From an uncultured Acidimicrobiales bacterium (GTDB taxonomy: Bacteria > Actinomycetota > Acidimicrobiia > Acidimicrobiales > SZUA-35): a stretch of 64,000 nt of DNA. The notes beneath the pieces were generated by a model. The model saw only the letters and a list, made by a program, of their open reading frames with translations, did not search any database and had not been told where the DNA came from. The position numbers were made by a program, and so were the translations under genes. The stretch covers positions 38,788-102,787 of the forward strand of contig CAVQVO010000009.1 of the NCBI GenBank assembly GCA_963717115.1. The letters are read 5' to 3'. This document shows, piece by piece, positions 47,576 through 56,940 of the stretch. Numbering within the stretch: position 1 is the stretch's first letter; each line of letters begins with the position of its first letter.

Positions 47576-49255
47576 TCACACCGGACCGGCGACGCCGGCC
47601 TCGTCGAACGTCGCCACGTTCGACAGGGCCACGGCGGCGGCCCGGACCACGGGGAGCGCCACCAGAGCGCCCGAGGCCTCACCGAGCCGGAGGTCGAGAT
47701 CGAGGAGCGGCTCCTTGCCGAGGGCCTCGAGCAGGCGTCGATGACCGGGTTCGGCCGATCGGTGACCGGCCAGCACGTGGTCGAGGGCCCCGGGGAGGGC
47801 GAGCTCCAGCGGAGCCAGGGCAGCCGTGGCGATGAATCCGTCGAGCAGGACCGGGATCGATCGGCGACGGGCCTCCACGGCCGCACCCGCCATCGCGGCG
47901 AGTTCGGTACCGCCCACTCGGCGAAGGATCTCGAGCGGGGCCCGGCCCGCACTCGGACCACGGGCCAGTCGTTCCAGCCCGGCCTGGACGACTCGCCGCT
48001 TGCGCTCGAACCCGGCGTCGTCGATCCCGGTCCCGCGGCCGATCCAGGCATCGATCGTCGCTGCCACCCCTGCTGATCCCCCCGGTGCCCCGTCGGCGGC
48101 GACCCCACCCAACGAGATCCCGCCGAACAGCGCGGCGGCGATCGCGGCCGCAGACGTGGTGTTCCCGATCCCGAGCTCGCCGAGGACGAGCAGGTCGGTC
48201 TCGGTTGCCGCCGCCGCCTCACGGCCGGCGTTCCAGGCTGCGGCGAACCGCTCCGGCGAGAGGGCGTCGGTGGTCGTGAAATCCTCGGTGGGCTCACCGA
48301 TGCCGACGTCGAAGAAACGCAGCTCGGCGCCGGCTGCGGCGGCGAGCGCCGAACTGGTGGCCATCGAGCCCTCGATGGCCAGCGCCATCGCCTTCGTGAC
48401 CTCCGCCGGATAGGCGCTGACGCCGTGAACCGTCACGCCGTGGTCGCCGCCGAAGATCAGCACGGCAGGGCGCTCCACGGCGGGGCGGGGCCGGCGCTGC
48501 CAGCCGGCCAACCAGACGGCGACGGCGTCGAGCCGGGCCAGTGCGCCGGCCGGCCTCAGCACCTGCGCCACTCGGTTGGCGGCGGCCTCGGCGGCGGCCA
48601 GGTCGGGTCCGGGGGTGGCGCGGCACGAAGCCTCGAGCAAACGGTGCGGGGTCACGCGATCACGTCCCGACCGGTGCTCGTCGGAGACGACCGGTCGACC
48701 GGAGATCAGCCGGGACGGGTCGACGGTCGGGACCAGCCGGCCGGCGACCACGAGATAGGTCTGCTCCAGCTCGGCGGCCAGGATCTGGTTCACCCGACCA
48801 TGGACGTCCCGAAAGGTCCGGCTCAACGGATCGGCCGGCACGATGCCCTGCCCGACCTCGTTGCCGATGACGACCGTCGGACCGGGGCGCTCGGCGAGCC
48901 GGCGAGCGACCGCCCGGGCCCCAGCCTCGATCGAGTCGGTGGCCGGATCGGCCAACAGCCGGTTCGACACCCACAGGGTCAGGCAGTCGAGGAGCAGGGC
49001 GTGGTCCTCGGGAATCCCGTCGAGAGCCCGCTCGAGGTGGTGCGGAGCCTCGATCGTGACCCATCCGGCGGGCCGGTCGGCTCGATGACGGTCGATGCGT
49101 TCGGCCATCTCGTCGTCGAACGCCTCGGCGGTGACGATCACGCTCACCGGAGCGCCCGTCGAGGCGACCAGGGCCTGCCCGGCGCCCGACTTGCCGGAGC
49201 GGGCGCCGCCGATGAGGAGGATCGACCCCCAGGCCGGCCGCGAGGGTGCGTCCAT
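47576..49255 (-). CDS. cobT: CobU (cobinamide kinase/guanylyltransferase) read in frame with CobT (DMB phosphoribosyltransferase)
   Basis: GGARSGKS, LDCLTLW, NEVG (CobU); from GTG at 48655 GGDHGV, GELGIGNTT, LDGFI, GHRSAEPGH, LRLGEASGA (CobT). Confidence 0.85.
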   Translation of the reverse strand: MDAPSRPAWGSILLIGGARSGKSGAGQALVASTGAPVSVIVTAEAFDDEMAERIDRHRADRPAGWVTIEAPHHLERALDGIPEDHALLLDCLTLWVSNRLLADPATDSIEAGARAVARRLAERPGPTVVIGNEVGQGIVPADPLSRTFRDVHGRVNQILAAELEQTYLVVAGRLVPTVDPSRLISGRPVVSDEHRSGRDRVTPHRLLEASCRATPGPDLAAAEAAANRVAQVLRPAGALARLDAVAVWLAGWQRRPRPAVERPAVLIFGGDHGVTVHGVSAYPAEVTKAMALAIEGSMATSSALAAAAGAELRFFDVGIGEPTEDFTTTDALSPERFAAAWNAGREAAAATETDLLVLGELGIGNTTSAAAIAAALFGGISLGGVAADGAPGGSAGVAATIDAWIGRGTGIDDAGFERKRRVVQAGLERLARGPSAGRAPLEILRRVGGTELAAMAGAAVEARRRSIPVLLDGFIATAALAPLELALPGALDHVLAGHRSAEPGHRRLLEALGKEPLLDLDLRLGEASGALVALPVVRAAAVALSNVATFDEAGVAGPV

Positions 49256-49875
49256 CAGTAGTCGATGCCCTTCTTGGCCACGATGCCCTGGTCGAACGCG
49301 TGCTTGATCGAGCGCATCTCGGTCACGGTGTCGGCGAGGTCGATGATCGGCTGCACCATGTCGCGACCGGTCAGGATCACGCTCACCTGTTCGGGCCGAC
49401 CGGCGATGGTCTCGGCCACGTCGTCGGTGTCGATCCAGTTCCAGGTCATGGCGTAGCTGATCTCGTCGAGGACGACGAGCCGGTGTTCGCCGGCCTGGAT
49501 CAGGCGTTTGGCCAGGGCCCAGGCCCCTTTGGCGTGGGCGGTCGATTCGTCGAGATCCTCGGCGTCCCAGGTGAAGCCGTCACCCTCGGCGTGCCACTCG
49601 ACCCCGAGATCGCGACAGATCTTCTCTTCGCCGACGTTCCAGTCACCGCTCTTGAGGAACTGGACGACGGCGACGGGCCAACCCTGGGCGACGGCCCGGA
49701 TCACCGTGCCGAAGGCCGCCGTCGACTTGCCCTTGCCGTGACCGGTGTTGACCAGCACCAGCGACTTGGCCGTCTTCATCTGGGACTTGTCGGGGGCCGA
49801 CCGGGGCGGATCCTGCGTGGCCGCCGTCTCGGAGCCTGCCTCGGACTGGGGTTCGGGTTCGGTCGATTCGGGCAT
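49255..49875 (-). CDS. cobO: Cob(I)yrinic acid a,c-diamide adenosyltransferase
   Basis: NTGHGKGKSTAAFG, QFLKSG, VLDEI, LTGR, KKGIDY. Confidence 0.95.
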   Translation of the reverse strand: MPESTEPEPQSEAGSETAATQDPPRSAPDKSQMKTAKSLVLVNTGHGKGKSTAAFGTVIRAVAQGWPVAVVQFLKSGDWNVGEEKICRDLGVEWHAEGDGFTWDAEDLDESTAHAKGAWALAKRLIQAGEHRLVVLDEISYAMTWNWIDTDDVAETIAGRPEQVSVILTGRDMVQPIIDLADTVTEMRSIKHAFDQGIVAKKGIDY

Positions 49876-49878
49876 GGT

Positions 49879-50697
49879 TCAACTCCTGGTGGAACGAAGG
49901 GGGACCACGACGACGGAGCCGTCGGGGGCTTGGAGGACGCTCACGGGCGTCTGGTAGAACTCGCTCAGGCAGCTCTCGGTGAGGACGTCGCCCGGCCGGC
50001 CGAAGGCGACGGTGCTGCCGCAGCTGAGGAGCAGGAGACGGTCGGCGAAGCGCCCGGCGGCGGTGAGATCGTGCATGGCGGCGATCACCGTCAGTCCGGC
50101 CTCGTGGCGCAGTTCGTCGATCAGCTCGAGGACGGTGGTCTGATGCCCGATGTCGAGCGCGCTGGTGGGTTCGTCGAGCACCAGGACCGGGCAGCCCGAG
50201 GCGATCGCCCGGGCGAGCGTGACCCGCTGGACCTCGCCACCCGACAGGGCCGACAGCTCCCGGTCGACGAAGCGGGCCAGATCGAGACGCTCGATGGCGG
50301 CCCCGGCGGCTTCGCGATCGGACGCCGATTCCCGCCCCATCCAGCCGAGATGGGCCGAGCGTCCGAGGAGGACGTATTCGCCGACGGTCATCCCGACCGG
50401 CAGCACGGGGTTCTGCGGTACGTACGCCACCCTCCGGGCCCGGGAGTGGTCGAGGCCGGGTTCGCCGACGTGGATCGAACCGGAGTGCTCGACGAGCCCG
50501 ACGATGGCCTTCAGCAGGGTCGACTTGCCTGCCCCGTTGGGTCCGATCAGCCCCAGCCATTCGCCGCCCTCGATCCCGAAGGTGGCGTCGATCAGCACCG
50601 GTGTGCGACCCAACCGGACCCCGACGTCGTCGGCCGTGACGGGCAGGCCCGCGGTGGGTCCCGCCGTTGCGGCGAGTCCGGCCGTTCCCCGGGTCAC
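49879..50697 (-). CDS. btuD: Cobalamin ABC transporter ATP-binding protein
   Basis: GPNGAGKST, LSGGEVQR, LDEPTSALD, MHDL; operon context. Confidence 0.85.
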   Translation of the reverse strand: MTRGTAGLAATAGPTAGLPVTADDVGVRLGRTPVLIDATFGIEGGEWLGLIGPNGAGKSTLLKAIVGLVEHSGSIHVGEPGLDHSRARRVAYVPQNPVLPVGMTVGEYVLLGRSAHLGWMGRESASDREAAGAAIERLDLARFVDRELSALSGGEVQRVTLARAIASGCPVLVLDEPTSALDIGHQTTVLELIDELRHEAGLTVIAAMHDLTAAGRFADRLLLLSCGSTVAFGRPGDVLTESCLSEFYQTPVSVLQAPDGSVVVVPLRSTRS

Positions 50698-51800
50698 AGG
50701 GAGATCCTTCGCTGCGACCGCAGCACGAGGGCGAAGAACGGCGCACCGATGAAGGAGGTGAGCACGCCGATCGGCAGCTCGGCGGGGGCCATCACGGTAC
50801 GAGCGGCGACGTCGGCCATCACGAGGAACCCGGCGCCGAGGACGGCCGACAGCGGGATCACGACGCGGTAGTTCGAGCCGAACAGCAGCCGGACCACGTG
50901 GGGGATCACGACACCGATGAATCCGATCAGACCGCTCACCGCAACGGCGGCCGCCGTCAGGAGCGACGCCGCGACGACCACGATCAACCGGACCCGACCC
51001 GGGTCGATGCCGAGGCTCCGGGCCTCGTCGTCACCGAGACGGAGGACGTCGAGGTGACGACGGTGCGCGAACAGAACGGCGCCGCACACCAGCAGGTACG
51101 GGGCCAGCGTCGCCGGCTCGCTCCAACCGGCCGTGGTGAGGCGGCCGAAGATCCACGAGTAGACGTCTCGGATCACGTCGCTCTGCCGTTGCAGGACGTA
51201 GGTCTGGAGCGCGGTCAGGAACGAGGCGACGGCGACGCCGGCGAGCAGCAGTCCCGCCGGCGAGCGATCGGCCGTTGCGCCGAGGAAGGCGGATGCCCCG
51301 ACGCCGATCAACGATCCGGCGAAGGCCGCGACGGCCACCGAGTCGAACGGACCCCAGCCGATGCTCCAGTCGAGTGCGAACACCAGGGTGGCCCCCAGAC
51401 CGGCACCGGCCGCCGCCCCGAGGAGGAACGGATCGGCCAGCGGATTCCGGAACACTCCCTGGTAGCCGGCCCCGGCCATCGCCAGCGAGGCGCCCACGCA
51501 GGCCCCGAGGACGACCCGCGAGAGTCGCCACTGCACCAGGATCACCCGCTGCGACTCGGTCAGACCGGAATCGATGCTCACGCCGGGGATGCGATCGACG
51601 AACTCGAGCACGATGGCCCGGGCACCGAGTTCGGCCGGCCCGACGAGGACCCCGATGCCCATGGCCACGGCCAGGATCAGCAGGGCCAGCGCCACCGACG
51701 AGCTCGGGAGCCGGAAGGTCCGGCCGAGGGCCCGGGTGACCGCCCGCGACGCGGAGTGGGGATCTCCGGTGGCGTCGGCGGTCAACCCGGGTGTGGTCAT
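50694..51800 (-). CDS. btuC: Cobalamin ABC transporter permease (FecCD family)
   Basis: QGVFRNPLADP, GLIGFIG, ELPIGV, GAPFF. Confidence 0.85.
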   Translation of the reverse strand: MTTPGLTADATGDPHSASRAVTRALGRTFRLPSSSVALALLILAVAMGIGVLVGPAELGARAIVLEFVDRIPGVSIDSGLTESQRVILVQWRLSRVVLGACVGASLAMAGAGYQGVFRNPLADPFLLGAAAGAGLGATLVFALDWSIGWGPFDSVAVAAFAGSLIGVGASAFLGATADRSPAGLLLAGVAVASFLTALQTYVLQRQSDVIRDVYSWIFGRLTTAGWSEPATLAPYLLVCGAVLFAHRRHLDVLRLGDDEARSLGIDPGRVRLIVVVAASLLTAAAVAVSGLIGFIGVVIPHVVRLLFGSNYRVVIPLSAVLGAGFLVMADVAARTVMAPAELPIGVLTSFIGAPFFALVLRSQRRISL

Positions 51801-52795
51801 CGGCCGACCGATGCTCCGGCGACCGCGGCGGCGATGACCTCGAGGAACTGGGGCAGACGGGGCCCGCCCCGGGATGCGATGTCGGAATCGACCGAGATGA
51901 CGTTGCCGTTCGCCACGGCGGCGATGGCATCCCATCCGGGCCGGGCCGCCACGTCGTCGACGGTGTAGCCGACCTCGTCGGTGATCACGATCAGTTGCGG
52001 ATCGGCCTCGAGGATGTACTCGGCGCTGAGCTGGGGGTATCCGTAGCCGTCGGTGTCGGCCTCGTCGGCGATGTTGACCACGTTCAACCGGTTGTAGACG
52101 TCACCGATGAACGAGCCCGAGCTGGCGCTGTAGAACGACTCGTCGAGTTCGTGGTAGATCCGGATCGGTTCACCGTCGGTCGGGACCGAGGCGGCGATCT
52201 CGTCGAATGCCGACCGCATGTCGGCGACCACGGTGGCCGCCCCGTCGATCTGGCCCGTCACGATGCCGAGATCGGCGATCGAGGCGTAGGCATCGTCGAG
52301 CGTGGCCGGGTCGGGGCGAAGGAACACCGCGACGCCGAGGCCTTCGAGTCCCGACACGAGGTCGCCGGTGGGGTCGTAGGACAGCACGACGAGGTCGGGC
52401 TCCTCGGCGGCGATCGCCTCGAGGCTGGGCTCGAACGCCGACAGTTCGGTCATCGGGGCTTCGGGCGGGAAGTTCGAGAGCGAGTCGACGGCGATCACCT
52501 GGTCGCCGGCACCGATGGCGAAGAGCACCTCGGTGAACGCCGGCGACAGCGAGACGATCCGGCTCGGGGCCGCGTCGGCGACGGCGTCGTCGGATTCGGT
52601 CCCTTCCTCGGTCGAGTCGGTCGTGGTGGTCTCGTCGGCGACGGTCGTACCGGCGGGCTCGGCCTCGGCGCCCGACGAGCTGTCGTCGGACCCGCACGCC
52701 GCAGCGAGCAGCACGAGGGCCAGGACGGCGAACGCGACGCCGGGCAGGCGCGTTCGGTCTCGTTCGTGGGACGGTTGGGGATCGGGCACTGACAC
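51797..52795 (-). CDS. btuF: Cobalamin ABC transporter substrate-binding lipoprotein
   Basis: Lipobox AAAC, RIVSLSPAFTEVLFAIG, RPGWDAIAAV, SRGGPR; lies behind a B12 riboswitch. Confidence 0.85.
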   Translation of the reverse strand: MSVPDPQPSHERDRTRLPGVAFAVLALVLLAAACGSDDSSSGAEAEPAGTTVADETTTTDSTEEGTESDDAVADAAPSRIVSLSPAFTEVLFAIGAGDQVIAVDSLSNFPPEAPMTELSAFEPSLEAIAAEEPDLVVLSYDPTGDLVSGLEGLGVAVFLRPDPATLDDAYASIADLGIVTGQIDGAATVVADMRSAFDEIAASVPTDGEPIRIYHELDESFYSASSGSFIGDVYNRLNVVNIADEADTDGYGYPQLSAEYILEADPQLIVITDEVGYTVDDVAARPGWDAIAAVANGNVISVDSDIASRGGPRLPQFLEVIAAAVAGASVGR

Positions 52796-52899
52796 AGGGG
52801 GACCTCCTTCTGGCTCGGAGGTCTTTCGAGGTCAGGGGACGGACCGGGGCCCGCACGCCGACTGGTCCTTCCTCCGAGGACACGGTTCGGAAAACTCCG

Positions 52900-53010
52900 G
52901 ATCCCAGGCGACCTGGCTCACCGACCGAGGTCGGCATCACAGTTGCGGGACAGCGCCGGGATCACACCGGACTTCGCTGGAAGGCGGAGCGCCCGCCCGC
53001 AGTGCGGGTG
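52900..53010 (-). ncRNA. Cobalamin riboswitch
   Basis: Minus strand reads GAAGTCCGGTGTGATCCCGGCGCTGTCCCGCAACTGTGA...GAGCCAGGTCGCCTG (B12 box); the 5' boundary is approximate. Confidence 0.9.
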
Positions 53011-53081
53011 AGCGGTCGCACTCTACGTCGTGCCTCGGGTGAACGCACGCCGCCGGGTCGAGCCCTGCCTACGATGCCCCG

Positions 53082-54176
53082 GTGTCCGCACCATCGACCA
53101 TCGAGATCCGACTGATCGAATTGCCCCTGGCCGACCGGCTGGCCGCAACCCACGACCGTGATCCCGAGTCGACACGCCGGCTGGTGATCGTCGAGGTCAC
53201 CGACGATCGGGGCCGCTCGGGGTTCGGCGAGTGCTCGGCGCTCAATCGGCTCGGGTACACCGACGAGGACGCCCGGGGCTCCTTCCGGGAACTGGTCGAT
53301 CGCCGGGGGTCGGTGCCGGCGAGCCTTCCGATGGCCTTCGCCGCGGTCGAGATGGCCGTGCTCGACCGCGAACTGAGGATGGACGACCGGTCGCTGGTCT
53401 CCTGGCTGTCGGACCGGTCGAGCGTCGAGCGTGCGGCCGCCGATCGGGTTCCGGCCGGCCCGGTGCTTCCCCTGGCCCCGGTGCCCGACACGGTCGAGGC
53501 CGCCCGGGCCTTCCACCACCAGGGCGTTCGGCGACTCAAACTCAAGGTCGGGCCCGGGCACCTCCGAGAACCGACGGCGGCCGTTCGCCGGGCGTTGCCC
53601 GACGTCGAACTCCACATCGACGGGAACGGCTCGTTCGGTGCCGGCGACCTCGACGAGCTGTTGCATCTCGGCGAGATCGGCGTCGCGGCGATCGAGCAGC
53701 CCTTCGCCGTCGCCGATCGGATCACGGCCATCGAGCTCACCACCCGTTCGGCGGCCGTGATCGTTGCCGACGAGGCGGCGACCGATCTGGCTGCGGTCCG
53801 TGCGCTCGTCGACGCCGGGGCGTGTCATGCCGTCTCGATCAAACCGCCCCGACTCGGCGGCCTCCGGGCGACGGTCGAGCTGCACGACTGGTGCGTGGCC
53901 AACGGCGTCCCGGCCACCGCGGGAGGGATGCTCGAGTCCGGTCTCGGCCGTCACGCCCTGGCCGCCGTCGCAGCCCTGCCGGGGTTCACGATTCCCGGCG
54001 ACGTCACCCCCGCCCGCCGCTGGCTGGCCGTCGACCCGTTCCCCGACCTCGAGCAGATCTCGGGTCGGGTGATCGTCCCGACCGGCCCCGGCGTGGCGCC
54101 GGCCCCCGATCGTGAGCTGCTCGAGCGCCACACGATCGACCGGGCGACCTTCCCCTGGCCGAGCCCGAACGGGTAG
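53082..54176 (+). CDS. menC: o-Succinylbenzoate synthase (enolase superfamily)
   Basis: KLKVG, DGNG, IEQP, ADE, IKP, GGMLESG; next to menH and menD. Confidence 0.85.
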   Translation: MSAPSTIEIRLIELPLADRLAATHDRDPESTRRLVIVEVTDDRGRSGFGECSALNRLGYTDEDARGSFRELVDRRGSVPASLPMAFAAVEMAVLDRELRMDDRSLVSWLSDRSSVERAAADRVPAGPVLPLAPVPDTVEAARAFHHQGVRRLKLKVGPGHLREPTAAVRRALPDVELHIDGNGSFGAGDLDELLHLGEIGVAAIEQPFAVADRITAIELTTRSAAVIVADEAATDLAAVRALVDAGACHAVSIKPPRLGGLRATVELHDWCVANGVPATAGGMLESGLGRHALAAVAALPGFTIPGDVTPARRWLAVDPFPDLEQISGRVIVPTGPGVAPAPDRELLERHTIDRATFPWPSPNG

Positions 54177-54185
54177 CCACCACCC

Positions 54186-54318
54186 GAACCGGTGGCCAAC
54201 GACACCCGAACCGGCACCCTCGGTCACCAGATCCCGACAGCGCCGCCACAACTCCACCCCACCACAGGAACCGGTGGCCACCGACACCCGAACCGGCATC
54301 CCCAGCCACCAGATCCCG
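54186..54318. repeat. 51-bp direct repeat, two copies (54186-54236 and 54268-54318)
   Basis: GAACCGGTGGCCA.CGACACCCGAACCGGCA...CACCAGATCCCG; 46 of 51 positions identical by manual alignment. Confidence 0.85.
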
Positions 54319-54325
54319 CAGGCGG

Positions 54326-55105
54326 TCAACCGAGCCGGGACTCCAGGGACTCGACGGCCCGGGCAATGGCGTCGCCGACCTCGAGATGCACCGCATGGCT
54401 CCCGTCCTCGATGCGGACCTCGGCGTTCGGGCCGATGCGCTCGGCCATTCGGCGGGCCAGCGCCGTGAACTTCGCATCGCCGGAACCGGCGACGAGGGCC
54501 ACCGGGGCGGCGATGGTCGCCAGCGAGTCCCAGAGCGGATCCTGGCTCCCGGTGCCGACGCGGCGGAGACTGGCGGCCAGTCCGTCGGGACGATTCGCCA
54601 GTCGGGCCTCGAGATGGCGAGAGGTGGCCGGGAGCGACGAGAACAGCGGATTCGCGAGCCACTCGACCAGGAACGCCCGGAAGGGCCCGTCGTCGCCGGC
54701 CGAGCGGGCTCGTGCCGCAGCGTCGAGCCGCACGGCCAGACGCTCGTCGGCCGCGCGGCGCGCGGCGTGCTCGTCGGAGGACTCGAGACCGGCCGTCGCG
54801 CCGACCGACACCAGCGACTCCACGAGGTCGGGATGGCGCAGCGCCAGGTGCAGCGCCATCCGCCCACCCATCGAGTACCCGACGTAGCGGGCCCGACCGC
54901 CGACCTCGGCGATCAGGTCGGCGGTCGCCCACAGATCGGCGTCGTCGTGGTTCGAAGCGCCGTGACCCGGCGCGTCGACGAGCACCACCTCGAACCGCTC
55001 GGCCAGATCGGTGGCGATCGATCCCCAGCATCGGGCGTTCTGGGTGAAGCCGTGCAACATCACCAGCCGGGGGCCGGCACCGATCGTCGTTGTCGCCAGA
55101 GTCAC
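54326..55105 (-). CDS. menH: SHCHC synthase-like alpha/beta hydrolase
   Basis: LHGFTQ, DAPGHG, GYSMGGR, DAKF, HAVHLE; adjacent to menD. Confidence 0.85.
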   Translation of the reverse strand: MTLATTTIGAGPRLVMLHGFTQNARCWGSIATDLAERFEVVLVDAPGHGASNHDDADLWATADLIAEVGGRARYVGYSMGGRMALHLALRHPDLVESLVSVGATAGLESSDEHAARRAADERLAVRLDAAARARSAGDDGPFRAFLVEWLANPLFSSLPATSRHLEARLANRPDGLAASLRRVGTGSQDPLWDSLATIAAPVALVAGSGDAKFTALARRMAERIGPNAEVRIEDGSHAVHLEVGDAIARAVESLESRLG

Positions 55106-55154
55106 GTCCCCAGGATGCCTGCAGGAGGGGGTGAGTTGTGGTTCGCTTGGCGTC

Positions 55155-56915
55155 ATGTCGCCAACCGATCCCTCCTCGGCCGATGCCGCCCGCGTCGAGC
55201 CACCGGTCACCGCAACGGCGACGTTCTGCGCCACGCTGGTCGACGAGTGGGTCCATCAGGGAGTCACCGACGCGTTCGTCGCTCCCGGGTCACGCTCGAC
55301 CCCGCTGGCCCTCGCCCTGGCCGCCGACGACCGGATCGGGGTCCATCTCTTCCACGACGAGCGGTCGGCATCGTTCGCGGCGCTCGGGCACGGCCTCGCC
55401 ACGGGCCGGGCGGGAATCGTGTTGTGCACCAGCGGGACCGCGGCTGCGCACTTCCACGCGGCGATCATCGAGGCCTCGCTGTCGTCGGTGCCGCTGATCG
55501 TCTGCACCGCCAATCGACCGCCCGAACTCTGGGACGTGGGGGCACCCCAGACCATCGATCAGGACAAGCTCTACGGAACGAGCCCGCGGTGGTACTTCCA
55601 ACCCGGTGTCCCCGATCCGGCTGCGGCTGCGTCGTGGCGTCCGCTGGCCCGTCGGGCCGTCGCCGAGTCCGCAGGCTGGAATCGGCCCGCCGGCCCCGTG
55701 CACCTCGACCTCAGTTTCCGTGACCCACTCGTCGGAACCGCAGGTCCGCTCCCCGACCGCCGCGACGCCGTGCCCTCCAGGTCGGAGACGCACGCGCCCG
55801 ATTCGGTGGCGGTCGGTCGCCTGGCGACGAGCGACGCCGCTCGGGTGGCGTCGATGATCCGCGCCGTCGAGCCGGGGCGGGGAGGCGTGATCGTGGCCGG
55901 CCGGGGGGCCGGTGACCCGGACGCCGTGCTCCGTCTCGGTGAACGGCTGGGCTGGCCGGTCCTGGCCGACCACCGCTCCGGGTGTCGGGTCACCGGCCGA
56001 TCGATCTCGCACAACGATGCGATCCTGCGCGTCGCGGCCTTCGCCCAGGCCCACTCGCCGGGGCTCGTACTACGCCTCGGCGAGGTGCTCACCAGCAAGG
56101 TCACCGAGCAGTGGCTCGCGACGATCGACGGGCCGACGGTCGTGGCCTCCCCCGGTCGCTGGATCGACCCGGCCCAGGTCGCCGACCTCGTCATCACCGG
56201 GTCCCACCTCGCCGACCAACTCCTCACCCTCGACCTCGGACCGCGATCCCCGGCCGCCGACCGGTGGCAGGCCGCCGATGCCCTCGCCGCCGAGGCCATC
56301 GCCACGACCGTCGACGGCGAGACCCACCCGACCGAGCCCGCCATCGCCCGTCGGGCGCTCGCCGCACTGGGCTCGATCAACGCCGTCGGGCCCACCCCCT
56401 CGTTGGTCGTGTCGTCGTCGATGCCGGTGCGAGACGTCGAGTGGTACGGCCCGCCGGCCCCGGGTGTCCGGGTCCTGGCCAACCGGGGCGCCAACGGGAT
56501 CGACGGTGTGCTGTCGACCGCGATCGGTGTCGCCCTCACCGGGTCACCCACGATCTGCCTGATCGGCGACATCGCCCTGTTGCACGATTCCACCGCCTTG
56601 ATCGCGCTCGCCGGGCGACCGCTCGACCTCACGATCCTGGCCGTCGACAACGACGGCGGCGGGATCTTCTCGTTCCTCCCCCAGCGTTCGCAGCTCGACC
56701 TGGCCCGCTTCGAGCAGCTGTTCGGGACCCCGCACGGCACCGATCTGCTGGCCCTCGCCGCCGCTCACGGGATCGACGCGAAGGATCTCGCACCCGACAC
56801 CGACCTCACCCCCCGAGGGGTTCGGCTGGTCCGGGCCACCACCGATCGTGACGCCAACACGGCGTTCCACGGCGTGCTCAATCGGGCCGTCGAGGCTGCA
56901 CTGACCCGGAGCTGA
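55155..56915 (+). CDS. menD: SEPHCHC synthase
   Basis: APGSRSTPL, DERSA, CTSGTAAA, NRGANGIDG, GDIALLHD, NDGGGIF. Confidence 0.95.
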   Translation: MSPTDPSSADAARVEPPVTATATFCATLVDEWVHQGVTDAFVAPGSRSTPLALALAADDRIGVHLFHDERSASFAALGHGLATGRAGIVLCTSGTAAAHFHAAIIEASLSSVPLIVCTANRPPELWDVGAPQTIDQDKLYGTSPRWYFQPGVPDPAAAASWRPLARRAVAESAGWNRPAGPVHLDLSFRDPLVGTAGPLPDRRDAVPSRSETHAPDSVAVGRLATSDAARVASMIRAVEPGRGGVIVAGRGAGDPDAVLRLGERLGWPVLADHRSGCRVTGRSISHNDAILRVAAFAQAHSPGLVLRLGEVLTSKVTEQWLATIDGPTVVASPGRWIDPAQVADLVITGSHLADQLLTLDLGPRSPAADRWQAADALAAEAIATTVDGETHPTEPAIARRALAALGSINAVGPTPSLVVSSSMPVRDVEWYGPPAPGVRVLANRGANGIDGVLSTAIGVALTGSPTICLIGDIALLHDSTALIALAGRPLDLTILAVDNDGGGIFSFLPQRSQLDLARFEQLFGTPHGTDLLALAAAHGIDAKDLAPDTDLTPRGVRLVRATTDRDANTAFHGVLNRAVEAALTRS

Positions 56916-56940
56916 CGATCCCCGCCGCGTCCGCCTGCGC

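Noticed and set aside
54186-54318. Possible mini-CRISPR
   Set aside because: Only two imperfect 51-bp units, no cas genes and no leader.
55106-55157. menH and menD sharing a CATG palindromic double start
   Set aside because: menH more plausibly starts at GTG 55105, which has a -10-like hexamer at the usual spacing and matches the start of the hydrolase fold.
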